From assembly GCF_052425735.1 (NCBI RefSeq), contig NC_135763.1:38130001-38194000 (forward strand): a stretch of DNA of 64,000 nucleotides, given 5' to 3'. Below, one piece after another: positions 1 to 12,345 of this stretch. Below the pieces are notes generated by a model. The model saw only the letters and a list, made by a program, of their open reading frames with translations. It ran no database searches and was not told the DNA's origin. Every line of letters begins with the position of its first letter. Within the stretch, counting starts at the first letter, position 1. Source of the DNA: Oculina patagonica (lineage: Eukaryota). A program made the position numbers and the translations under genes.

Positions 1-324
1 TTGAACGTTGTCTATAAGAGAACCAATCCGATTCGCAAGAACCTCTTCCTCAAAAAATTTGGGAATAGTGTTTACCATAATTTTTCTTGTGTCTTGTTCT
101 CTAACAAGAAATAGTTTTGCAATAGCCTGCAAAAAAAACCCGAATCTATGTCTCGAAGAAATAAAGTGTCTTATCGGTAACGGCTACATTTTCTCCCTTT
201 CTGTGATAATGCATTGTTCAATACGTCAGCGACGTCTTTCCTTAAGCCTCGAGAATATCAATACAAATGAAGTTACAGTATACTAGGTGGCGGAGCAGGG
301 GGGGGGGGGGGGGGGGCAGTTACA

Positions 325-936
325 CTATATTTCACTGATATCCATTGTTTGCAACCTAGGCCTGTCTGGAAAATTAACATCCGCAATCATTTCACAGCTC
401 ATTTCACTTGAACTGTTGCTGGTAGAATATTGATAGTGGTGCGAGCTGTCTGGCTCGAAAGATGGGTTAACGAATTGATGATGTAATTGCATTTGCTCTT
501 AGCTGAAACCGGCTAACACCTGAAAGGTGCTCACTGTAGCAGGAGCCGAGGATACCAGCTCTTCACCAGGCCTGTTGTTTGGCGGACTGTCCTGGCCAGC
601 CTGAGGCCTTGATTCTGGTCTTGTCCAGGAGCATATGCCAGGAGCCGAGGGTACCGGCCCTTCACCAAGCCTGTTGTGTGGCGGACTGGCCTCGCCTGGT
701 CTTGGTTTTGGTCTTGTCCAGGAGCACGTGCCAGTTATTGGTTTGGCTGGTGGTATTGTAGACTCTTCTTTGCGAATGCTAATCAAACTGACTGGGTTGT
801 TACGGCTACTTGGCCTTTCCAACTCTACAATGTCTTTTCTTTGCTGCACGACGTACATCACTAGGATAATGACCACGATTATTAGAATAGTGACAAGCGC
901 CAAATTTAGGCAAATTAAACTTTCTACTGTCTCCAT
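325..936 (-). pseudogene. TM-adaptor-like paralog 1; near-identical to paralog 2 but with a premature stop (145 aa instead of 203 aa)
   Basis: Almost identical to 5173..5784. CAA (Gln) is TAA at 499-501, and the frame continues to the ancestral TAG at 325-327. Splice acceptor (tttag) at 968-970. Could be a truncated functional allele rather than a dead copy. Confidence 0.75.
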
Positions 937-3900
937 TGTTATGGATTGAAGGTTTCTTCTGTAGAAGCTAAAGAAGAGAGAAGAGAAATGAGAGGTTATA
1001 ATTATCAGTAATTACCTCAGTATCAGGAGTTATTGTTTTATTTTTATTTTTATTTTTTATCAATTGTAATTAAATTAGGTTATCCTTAGCGTATTTTTAT
1101 CTGATTGTAATTTAAATCGGGTTTTTATATTTTTACTTTTAATTTCAAATGTAAACGCACTGAGACGTATGTAAAGTGCGTGCTAAGAACTGTTATTATT
1201 ATTATTATGATCGAGCGGTCTGGATACGAGTCCGGGCTGGAGTCATTGGGAGGGGGGAAGACAGTAGAAATATTCGTAACCGCTTACGCCACGGGAACCT
1301 GGATAAGCTCCGGCCTGTTGGGCCACCAGGCTAGCACTCAGACTTTGCCTATTGTTTTCACTGCGCCGCAGTGAAAAAATGGGTAAGAGAATAGCGCAGT
1401 TCTAGAGGTCTGGGTCCAGGGCTGGCTTCAGTCCTTAATTGAACTGTGAATTCCAGCGAACTGTTGGGAAACCTGATAAAACGTTCCAGCCGCCACGCGC
1501 CGGGGACTAGCATCCCATTTAGGGTAATATCATGAATCCGAGCCGCTCCGTTCTACAGAAACAGCCCTCTTGAGCCACTACTCTTCTTCTAAAGGGTTTT
1601 ATTTATCAACTTTACCCAGGGATGTGGCTTGTTATGACCCCGGTTATGACAAACGTAAAACATCGTTACCCTTTTGCCCTTTTAGTCTATCAAATGTCCT
1701 TTCCCGTGCATGTAACTTGGATGTTATCAGTCCGTGCAAAAATACCCCTTCCCTTCAAGCTCTCGGCCTGTTTTGTATTCTGTCAAGTCCACTCTACTGT
1801 TCAATTCGGCTTTTTCGTTACTGTCTTGATGGCGAACCCGCCAGAAATTACTTTTTGACCTCCTTTTAGCAACCACTCAAAACAAGATAACAAATAATTT
1901 TAAGTCAGATTTGATAAAAAAGTAAATACTTCAAAATTACGCAATGTGCTGTAATCACCTTTGGTGCCTTTGTCTGTTCAAGTCACATCCCCGCATTACA
2001 TGTCCAACAGTGTTTCTTTTTGTAGACTGACGTCAATGGTTTTCAATGCAAAAAGTTGTAAACATAATTCGTTTCGAGAGTGAACAGCGCCAGAGGAAAT
2101 ACTTTTGGATATTAGACTCCTATTGCTTAACACTCCACAATATTTCTGGTATTTTTTAATACCACGACAAGCTGGCGTGGTATTTTATTTAACAGAGTAA
2201 GGAGGTCAATTTGATTGCGGAGCTGGAATTCTCTAACGGATGATCGAGCTAACAAATTTTTAGATCGACTAAAGGCTAACAGATGTCATATTTCCCTGTT
2301 GGCTTAGTTCTGAGTCTTAATGGGGTTCCTTTTAAAATACTATATCTCGAAATGAACCCGGAAATGAGCCCATTTGTGACGGCACAGTGGCCTATCCCGC
2401 GCAGCACTCGCACACTGGCGTGACGCAGGTCACATTACAGGTTCAGAGTTATCAGGCTACGTATCTAAATGTAGTGTTGTGATTGACAATAGATCTGATA
2501 GCTATTTATGGCTGGTGAATAATGGCTTCAATTTCATGTGCGGAAATGAAACGTAGAATATTTATACCTAGAACGTAGCAGCTATCCCCTGTCTTGTTAA
2601 ACAAATCAATTTACAATTGTGCGCATGAGTACGACCCTGAAATGTTTTGATTTTTGCCATGAATCAGTTGCGTCGTTTCTCGTGCGGAATTCTGTACATA
2701 TCATAGAAAATACCTAGCTCCTGAGGCTTTGACAACTTGTAAAGTCTAAAGGTTAAGAAAAAAAATCCAGCTTCTAATTTCACGGTACAGTAGTCTGTTA
2801 TTATTTGTGCGTATCACCAGTTTTAATTTCCAGCTGAATACCCAAAGTTAAATTCCTACCTTAAAGATGCAGAAGATTTGTTCACAGTTGGGGGAAAATA
2901 CTGTTCGTATAAAGATTTCCAACAACCTTTCCTACAATGACCGACATACTTCCATTGGGACGACAGTCAGGTCGCAGTGTGAGACACGACGACAGCTCCA
3001 AATACCGGCGCAAACTAATATATGTCACGTGACATGTGAAGCAGTTCGAGGTCACATTTTTGCGTCAAAGTAAAGTACCCCCTTTCGTCACTTCTGCTGT
3101 TGACGATCGTGCAGTGGGTTTTGAGAGAGACAGCAATTGTGGACTTTACTGATTTTTTAACATTACATTTTTTTGTTCGCTATTTATAGATGGATAAAAG
3201 AGATTGGTGCAGAAATAGCCAGCTGTAAAACTATGTGAATAGTCTTCTCAAGAAGCGCCTACTGTGAGGGCTCTTATACTTCTTGTTATCTTTTTCACCT
3301 AATTTACGCAGTTCTAATTTCTCCTCGGTCTTGTCCTTTGCGCATGCAACCAACTACTCTATAGACTACGCCTGCGTAGTACCGTGTAAGGTATAATTCA
3401 GTAAGGTTTAGCAAACAAAAATCATGTAACCAGTCATAACGCTGGATCAACGCTGAAACGGCAATACTGCTTATTCACTTAGATCTAAATAACTGTCAAC
3501 GGTCCGAATTTATTATGACCTTTTGTTGCCTCTGAAAAAATTGATATGTACACGCAATTTCTTAAAAAAGTTATCATTTTACTAGTATTTCAGCCTACAA
3601 AAAATACGACGACACAAGGCACGAAAAAGGCTTTAGAATGTTTTGTGTAGTGCAGTAAGCATTCAGAGTATCCTTGAGTCATAGCCATAGCAGTGATTCA
3701 GTTACATAGTCTGTTTACAGACGTTTCTTTTCTTCTCGCTGGCGTGTGCACGAGGACAGGCGCGAAGGGCAAAGTGTCTATTTTCCCTTTACTCGCCCCC
3801 ACCCCTCTTGCGTTCTCTTTCCATATACTTGTTGCGTTCTCTCAAAGAACTTTAAAGGAAAAAAGGATCTGTAAACAGACAACAGATGCCGAATGAGAGA

Positions 3901-5172
3901 GTACTGGTTAATTGTGATTCAGAATGGAGTTAATACTTCCCACGAAGCCATATTGGCACAGTTCTTCCAGATCCCGCTCCCGGTAAAACGAGTGAACTGG
4001 CAACAAATACGAAAACACCGGTTTGTCTCGTGGAATTCGTGTGATCGATGATTAAAGGGTGCCCAGTTGTCAAAAGTCTACAAATGCGATCTAGTACGAT
4101 CCCGAATAGTTTGTTAGTTACTATATCTGATCTGATCTGGACCGGTACCGAACCGACTGTTTGTAACTTACATCATTCCGGTTTGAACATGACCCAGGCC
4201 GAATAAAGTTCCTGTTTCGTAAAATCCGAAAAATGTAAAATAGTCATTTCATGCATTCCTAATCACGCGTGATAATTTTGATATACTAGAATGAGTCTCT
4301 TTCCGGATCTGGCTATGGCGATAAACTCATCAAGCCAGATCATAAATTCAAAATCTTATCACTCCTGTGAAAGGCATATCACAACCGCATGGTTGGAAGT
4401 AAAAGTGCTTAGTTAGTTGTGCGTTTCTTCTTAATACAACCAGATAAAAAACGATAATTAATATTTTCATGCAAATCAGTTTCAAAAGAAAAACATTTAT
4501 GATGTGATCCTAATACTGATTAGCATGCATAGGCTCTATTGCAAGATTGTTGAAATTTAGTAATAGCTTAACTGAATTTTTATTCTCGCAATGTTTTAGA
4601 ATAGGACAGCATATGTTTTAGAGATTTTTAAACAATTGGCCCACTCGCCCTCGTTTTGCATGAGCTGGAGAGCAAAAAAACTTTAGTTTCGTGTACCTTA
4701 AACCACAAATCAACAAAAAAATTTCTCTTTAAGGACAACGCTTGCGGGCTTGAACGTGGGTTGTAGAAGCGAACCAATCAGATTCGCAGATTTGCAACAA
4801 GATTTACGGAACTGACAATAAGATTTTTCTGGTCTGGCAAGGACAAAGTAAACCAGTCCAGTAACCTATGACGAAAAAAAGAACCTTAACCTCAGAACGT
4901 TTGGGAATAGTATTTGCCATACTTCTTCTCATGTCTTGTTTTCTAACAAGAAATAGTTTTGCAAATGCCTGCAACTGAGAAAAACCGAATCAATGTCTTG
5001 ACAGAAATAAAGTATCCCAAACGGTAACGGCTTCATTTTTTCCCTTTCTGTGATAATGCATTGTTCAATTACGTCATCGACTTCTTTCCTTAAGCCTCGA
5101 GAATATCAATACAAATGAGTTACAGTATACTAGGTGGCGGAGCAGGGGGAGGGGGGCGGGGGGGCAGTTACA

Positions 5173-5784
5173 CTATATTTCACTGATATCCATTGTTTGC
5201 AACCTAGGCCTGTCTGGAAAATTAACATCCGCAATCATTTCACAGCTCATTTCACTTGAACTGTTGCTCGTAGAATATTGATAGTGGTGCAAGCTGTCTG
5301 GCTCGAAAGATGGGTTAACGAATTGATGATGTAATTGCATTTGCTCTTGGCTGAAACCGGCTAACACCTGGAGGGTGCTCACTGTGGCAGGAGCCGAGGA
5401 TACCAGCTCTTCACCAGGCCTGTTGTTTGGCGGACTGTCCTGGCCAGCCTGAGGCCTTGATTCTGGTCTTGTCCAGGAGCATATGCCAGGAGCCGAGGGT
5501 ACCGGCCCTTCACCAAGCCTGTTGTGTGGCGGACTGGCCTCGCCTGGTCTTGGTTTTGGTCTTGTCCAGGAGCACGTGCCAGTTATTGGTTTGGCTGGTG
5601 GTATTGTAGACTCTTCTTTGCGAATGCTAATCAAACTGACTGGGTTGTTACGGCTACTTGGCCTTTCCAACTCTACAATGTCTTTTCTTAGCTGCACGAC
5701 GTACATCACTAGGATAATGACCACGATTATTAGAATAGTGACAAGCGCCAAATTTAGGCAAATTAAACTTTCTACCGTCTCCAT
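5173..5784 (-). CDS. TM-adaptor-like paralog 2: single-pass type III membrane protein, 203 aa, Pro-rich tail
   Basis: N-terminal hydrophobic run LICLNLALVTILIIVVIILVMYVV followed by RK. Two ~33-aa internal repeats (CSWTRP...SAP), an FVNPSF motif and C-terminus ISEI. Pyrimidine tract plus AG acceptor at 5816-5818; candidate upstream exon with donor at 6615. Confidence 0.85.
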   Translation of the reverse strand: METVESLICLNLALVTILIIVVIILVMYVVQLRKDIVELERPSSRNNPVSLISIRKEESTIPPAKPITGTCSWTRPKPRPGEASPPHNRLGEGPVPSAPGICSWTRPESRPQAGQDSPPNNRPGEELVSSAPATVSTLQVLAGFSQEQMQLHHQFVNPSFEPDSLHHYQYSTSNSSSEMSCEMIADVNFPDRPRLQTMDISEI

Positions 5785-8700
5785 TGTTATGGATTGAAGG
5801 TTTCTTCTGTAGAAGCTAAAGAAGAGAGAAGAGAAAAGAGAGGTTATAATTATCAGTAATTACCTCAGTATCAGGAGTCTGGATCGAGCGGTCAAAGTCC
5901 GGGTTCTAGGGTCATTGCGTTGTTTTTTGTTTTTTTTGTTTGTTTGTTTACTCTCACAATGCCTCTTTCCACCCAGGTGTATAAATGAGTACTGACAAAT
6001 TTAATTTTATCTTGCAAACCACTAGCACCTCATCAAGGGGGAGTAAAAATACTCGTAGCCGATTAATGCTGGTGAAACCTTGATAAGCTCCGGTCTGATG
6101 GGCCATTTGCCTCGCACGAGAATTTAACTTAATTTTCACTGCGGCAAGGAAATTCGCCGAGGTGTTATCTAGAGGTCTGGGTCAAGGGGTAGGAGCTTGG
6201 TAAACAAAATGTTTGTGTAATAACGTTCAGCAAATACTTTTTACTTAGAAAAAGTGTGTTCACCAACTTTTGCTCGAATTTGCCGACAGAAGTTCAATTT
6301 TCCAAAAGTTGCCCAGTCTATTGTGTGCGGAAATAACGGGTAAAAATAAACAGATAAAACAAATTAAAGCAGCTATTCCGCGCCTCGTTAAACAAAATCC
6401 ATTTACATTTGTGCTGAGTTCGACCCGGAAATGTTTTGATTTTTGCCATAAATGATCAGTTGCCGAGCCATTTCTCGTGCAAAATCCTGCACAGATTACC
6501 CAAGTCTAAACATTGAGAAAAAATTCAGCTTCTAGTTTTACAGTGCAGTAGTTTGTTATTATTTGCGCGTTACCACTTTTGATCTACAGCTGAATACCCA
6601 AAATTGAATTCCTACCTTAAAGATCTAGATATATTCACAGTTGGTGTAAAGAAGTGTTCTGTATAAAGGGATCCAACAACCTTTTTTACAATGCCCAACA
6701 TGCTTCCATTAGGACGACAGTAAGTTCGCAACACACAGTGAAAAACATGACGACAGCTCCAAACACCGGCGGAAACTAATACATGTCACGTGACATGCAA
6801 AACAGTTCGAGGTCGCTTTTTTGTGTCAAAGTTAATTATCTCCTCTTGTCATAATCCTCTGTTGAGGGTGTTGAGTTTTAAGAGAGGCATCCACTGTAGA
6901 CTCATCTGATTTTAAAGCCCGGCCAGATGGGGGGATACCAAATTTTTTCTTGATATACCTCATTTCTCTCCCCTAAGATACCAAAAAAGCAAAAACATTG
7001 ATAACAAATACCTAAAAATTATTGTAATACAGAACTGACAGAAAACCCTATACAGTAGAACCCCGATTTTACAATCGTCGATTAAACGATATCACGATTT
7101 GACGATACGATTTTTATGTCCCCTTGCCATATCGTAAAATCGGGTTCCACTGTACCTGAATTTTTTTGGCAAAAGCATACCGAATACCTTGGTAAAATGC
7201 ACCCAAGATACCGTAGGGTTCATAGGATAAGTGACGAAATAGAGAGCTGTAATACTTTGTATTTCAGGAGACGGAATTAGACGGAATTCCCCTGTCAGCG
7301 AACTGACAGGGGAATCTGCCAAAATGCTCTGGGCTGATAGTCTCCTTTGCTCATATTCAATCCAACAATGAAGGGAGTAGCTTGGACTTTTATGTGTTTT
7401 GTAGTCGCTTCTTGAGTTAAAACAACAGGTGTTAAGGGTTCACGTAGTAAAGCAGCTCTTGTAAGCTTGTAATTCTGCAAATCCTCTACTGTAGCAGTTG
7501 TTATTGTTTTGGGGACTAAAAAGGGAACTGTTCCTGTTGTATGCCGTGTTGCAACAATGATTGAAATTGTCCACAGACGTACGTTTCTCTGATCTCTCGA
7601 CGAACTTTAGAGAAAATAGGGGGTTGGGAAATTAAAGCCTATGATTGAGACAGCACTGGCTAATTAAAGATCTGATTCATGGTCATCATGGCCATATTTG
7701 GTATAATTATTCCACATCCCGCTCCCGGCCGGCCGCGGCGAAATGAGTGCGGAATCAGACACCAAACACGAAAGCAACCCGGCATTGTTATTAAAAGGGA
7801 TAATTTTAGGCATTAATTAGTTGTTAACATCATTTTGTCTCGTGGCAATCTTGTGATCAAAGGGTGCCCAGCAGTCAAGAGTAAGCCGAGACGTATGTCA
7901 TCCGTTAGTCCATAGTTAAGTCTCGATTAAGTCCTTTAACATAATTTTAACAATGGCTCTCATGCTGTTTACGATTTAGAGTTAATATGCCTGTCCATAG
8001 AGAAAAGTTTTGTCCTTTCACAAGCCGTCAAGCGACCCAGTGCGATCACGAATAGCTTTTTTTGCTTTCGGTCTGATCTGATCTGGACCGGTTACGAACC
8101 GACTGTTTGGACTATCTTACAGTGGAACAAAATTCAATCCGGTTTCGGAATGGGTAACATGAACCAGACAAAGTTCCTGTTTCGTAAACACTGAGACATG
8201 TCAATCAATCTTTACATTCCCGATCTGTGTGATAGTGTGGAACGAGAGTTTTTCCGGATCTTGTCCACTGAGCTAGCTAACGCGATAAGCTCACAAGCCA
8301 GATGAAATCCAAAACTGTATCACTCGGGTGAAAGCCATCAGTGACAACCGCATGACTGGAGGAAAAATGTTCAGTTGCTAACTTTTTTGTGCGTTTATTC
8401 TTAACATAACCAGATAAAATTACGTATAATTTTTAAGCATAATCAATTTCCAGTAGAAAAATATTTATGATACAATTCTAATACTGATTAGAGCGCATAT
8501 TGCTAGATTGTTAAAATCATCAACAGACTGACAAAAAATTATTTTCTGACAATATTTTACAGTAGACTATATCTGAGTGTTTATCTGGTACAACAGACTT
8601 AAAACGCACATGATTTAGAGAATATTAAACTGTTTGACTTACTCGCCCTCGTTTTGTTTGAGCGAAGAGAAAATATTAAAATTTAATGTACTGTATTTTA

Positions 8701-9117
8701 AGGCCCAAATCAACAAAAAAAGTTTTCATTTTAAAGGAGAACACATGGGGCTTGAACGTCAGTTTCTATCAGCGAATTATTAACGATGAGTGAACCAATA
8801 TATAAGATATGTAAATATATTTAAGATGTATAAATCAGATTCGCAGATGAAGGTAAGTTAGCCAGACCTGTAACCTATGATAGAAAAAAAGAACATTCTC
8901 TAAAAAAGTTAGGAAACAAAGTTTAACCATACTCTTCGTCAACTCTTGTTCTTTAACAAGAAATAGTTTTGCAATGAAAAAACCTAATTAATGTCTCAAA
9001 AAATAGTGTGTATTCCTGCAGTAACAGCTATATTCTCCCTTTCTGTGGCGATACATTGTTCGATTAATAATCGACGTCTTTTCGTAAAGCTCAGTCAATC
9101 TCATTTTATAACTGAAG

Positions 9118-9765
9118 CTACGCTATATCAGTAATATCCATTGTCTGTAATCTGGACCTTTCTGGGTTATTAAGAAACGCAAGTTCGCCCCTGTTCTGGT
9201 ACAGCGGTTCTTCTGTTGGATTGTTTTCGTATATTGGTTGTTCCTCCTCCTCATATGCCTCGTTGCTGTATATAGGTTGAGGATCACCTCTGATTTCACT
9301 TGAACTGTTGCTGGTAGAATCTCGATGATCTTGCGAACTGTCTGGATCGAAAGATCGGTTAACAAATTGATGTAACTCTATTTGCTCTTGGCTGGTACCA
9401 GCTACCTGAGAGGTGTTCACTGTAGCAGGGGCCGAGGGTGCCTCTTCGCCAGGTCTGGTGAGATAAGTGACAGTCTCTTCCGGGTCTTGGCGTACAGCAG
9501 ATCGCCTGTTTGCTGGCTTGGCTTGGCCAGGTTCTATGGTGTATCGCATTGCTGAGGAGCTTTCTCGCTTCCTTTTGTACTCGTCTTTAGTTTTCGTGTC
9601 TTGCCTGTTATCATTGGGATCAGTGTAGACAAGGTCTCCATTTCTTGTGAGCTTATTTAAGTCTCGACGAATTCGCCTCACTGTGACACAGAGATATATT
9701 ATGACAATGCAGAGGAGAACACAACAAGCGCACGCCGCCACTGTGAGGATTAATGACAAAGCCAT
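9118..9765 (-). CDS. TM-adaptor-like paralog 3: 215 aa, Cys-rich TM segment, three YxN motifs
   Basis: TM LILTVAACACCVLLCIVIIYLCVTV then RRIRR. Tail is homologous to paralog 2 (SAPATV, QFVNxSF, STSNSSSE, RLQTMDI) with added PIYSN, PIYEN, PLYQN. Acceptor ttttccttttcag 3 nt before the ATG. Confidence 0.88.
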   Translation of the reverse strand: MALSLILTVAACACCVLLCIVIIYLCVTVRRIRRDLNKLTRNGDLVYTDPNDNRQDTKTKDEYKRKRESSSAMRYTIEPGQAKPANRRSAVRQDPEETVTYLTRPGEEAPSAPATVNTSQVAGTSQEQIELHQFVNRSFDPDSSQDHRDSTSNSSSEIRGDPQPIYSNEAYEEEEQPIYENNPTEEPLYQNRGELAFLNNPERSRLQTMDITDIA

Positions 9766-11859
9766 GAGCTGAAAAGGAAAATTGCCCGATTAGCATCATC
9801 ATCATCATTATCATCATCATCATCATCAACTTTATTTAAGTGACAAAATTAAGCAATATTCATTTAAGCAACATTTGAACCTATGAATTGGTATGCTGTT
9901 GGTATATGTTGTGGCTGAATTTTATCCTTCATGGTCTACTTTCTATTTCCCTTTGTTGTTTGTGAATATATGAAAATTAATAAAATAAAGAAATATGTCA
10001 AGTCGCAGCGCCGCTTGCAACTGTACACTGAAGTAAATCTTGCTCCAGTCGCGTGAACGCATTAAAGCGTTCTAAAATAAGAAAATTACTTTTAAAGTTC
10101 TGTTCGGGCCAATATTGTACTGTTGCATCCACTAAGATATTTTTGGCAAAAAACTGTCAAAACGATGACGGCCACCACGTTTGTCCCGCCAAAATGACTC
10201 TGGTTCAAAATCTCTACTACTGGAAACTCTCGTAGTTATTTTAGTCGTTCTTTTACTAGAAAACGTACATGTCCTTTCAATATCAGATTTCTAGCTTTTG
10301 CATACTTCATTTGCATGTAGTGGAAGTTTCGGTTATAATTATAGCATGGGCAAATATTTTTAAAGTCAACGTACTTCGTGGGATTTTAGCTCAAAGAAAA
10401 ACATTAACCGGATTTGGTTTAAGTACTCCTTACTTCTTCAGGACATTTTGTATAACTTTGTTTGGAGAATTCCTTGTGGAATGAGCTGGTCTGTCTTTTT
10501 GAAATTGGTGTTGCTTATAGTAAAGAGAAGATAGCATGATCAGGCGCTGCAAGGCTTTGTGAAAATAAGACAAATCTATTTATCTGATTTATATACTGGC
10601 ATACTTGTTGCCTCTATGATCAATGTACACTGCGATTCCTAAACTTGTTCCAGTTCCGTACACAAAGTGGGAAGCTATAATTGAATGTCATTTGTTCAAG
10701 ATGCCGGCCTCTGAGTCTCAGTCAAAAGACAGAACGACAGAATGACAAGACTATTACTCTGGCCACGATAAAGAAAGCCATGACTTGACCCACTGTAATA
10801 ATAAAAAAGCTGCATTACTTAAATTGTAACATGGCGTCGTTAAGAGTAAAGCCGGAAAAAGTATTACTGCCACTGAAATTCGGCCGACGACTGCAAAAAA
10901 CTTTATCCGAGCTAATCACGAACATGATAAGCATTTTGTTTTTCAAGTCCAAAGCTAAAGCCGAACGAATATCAAACCGAGATAAACGAAAAGCCAGTCT
11001 TATATCATCAAAAGACCCGTTGTATATAATACAAGTGAAAAATATTGAAGATTGCAGACAAAAACAAGAATGCGGGTTCTTCATTTGGTAGGAATGGATC
11101 CGCTGTCCCTCGCCACGCGCTCTTGAGATTCTTCTCTCTTTCGAAAAGCACTTTTCTCTGAGCATATCTCTCAATATATGTTTGAGAATAACGGACGATA
11201 CTACTTTTTAAAGAAGAAAATTCAATTATAATAAATATTTCACTATCATTTCGTTGCACACCAAAAGGCACGGTAAGGTCTAGATGCAGGCAATGAAAGT
11301 CAACAATAAAGGAATAAGAATTGTCCACAAAAACACATCTATCTTTGTCTCTCTGAAAAAAACACTTTCGTGAAAACGTGGCCGTTTTTTTCGTGCGGAT
11401 GGACATGACATTGACATGGAGCCACCTCGAACGAGAAGCGGCTGACCATGTATAGTCACCATAACCAGTGGCGCTCTCTGAGGCCCATATATTAGAGATG
11501 TATGTGCAGCCCCCGGGTGCAGCCAAACAAGACAAGGAGTAAGTAAGTGATCAATGTTGAGAACTTTCTTGGTTGAGACGTGCAAGCATGCAACACGGCA
11601 CGCTGTGAAGACGGTCTTTACAAAAGCAATTGAGCGTAAAATATAAAAGTGATATTAGACTGTTCTTTGGATTTTAATATTCATACTGAGCGACGGCGGA
11701 AATGAGATTGGATAAGTTTCAAGCTCCATAAGGAAATAAGGCAAATCAGATTGATATTTTGACGCAACAATCTTGTCTGGCGGATAAAACGAATAAAGGG
11801 AAATATGGAGCGTAATGTACAACCCCTGTTTGATAAATAAAGATATTTTGTATACGTAC

Positions 11860-12345
11860 CTTGCTAAACGACTCAGCGAGTCACTCGAGGTGCTGTGTAC
11901 AGTTAGCCTCGTGGACGGTAACGGATTTTTTTTTCCTGTGACGCGTTCGTATGAACACTAAACTTGAACAGTGCTGTAGTAGGTGGCCCGACTGATTCTC
12001 GGACAATTGTGATTAAACAGCCTTGCCGTAGTGCGGCAGAGAAAGACTGTGAATTCAGCCTGAATTCTCTGGAGCTTGGATGTGAAGTGTGTTGTGCTGA
12101 GGCAGCTGTCTGTTGCCGACGGCGCTGTTAAGCGTGATCTTCAGTGACTGCCGGTTAGAATCTCAATGTTCTTCAAGACTCGGTGATTTTCTGACTCCTG
12201 CGAATTGCCTACCAATCTTCCACGCACGTTGCTTGTATTTGAGCGCAAACTTTTGCTAAGGCAGCAGACCTGGTCGCCTTTGTTGTCGCGAAATTCAAAG
12301 ATTGCGTTTGGGAATAACCCTTTGACACTAATAATATTTGGATTC
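11860..12345 (-). other. Candidate non-coding first exon (5' UTR) of paralog 3
   Basis: Minus-strand donor AAG|GTACGT at ~11859, preceded by ~485 nt in which I found no minus-strand ATG. The upstream boundary is unknown. Confidence 0.5.

Larger units (their letters stand above)
1..9117. repeat. Tandem segmental duplications (~4-4.7 kb units) carrying paralogs 1-3
   Basis: 1-1030 matches ~4750-5880 very closely; ~2630-3150 matches ~6420-6910; ~3900-5090 matches ~7650-9090 with more divergence. Confidence 0.9.

Noticed and set aside
10815-11585. Overlapping ORFs of 86-175 aa
   Set aside because: Mostly non-ATG starts, no domain or paralog similarity, and within the probable intron of paralog 3.
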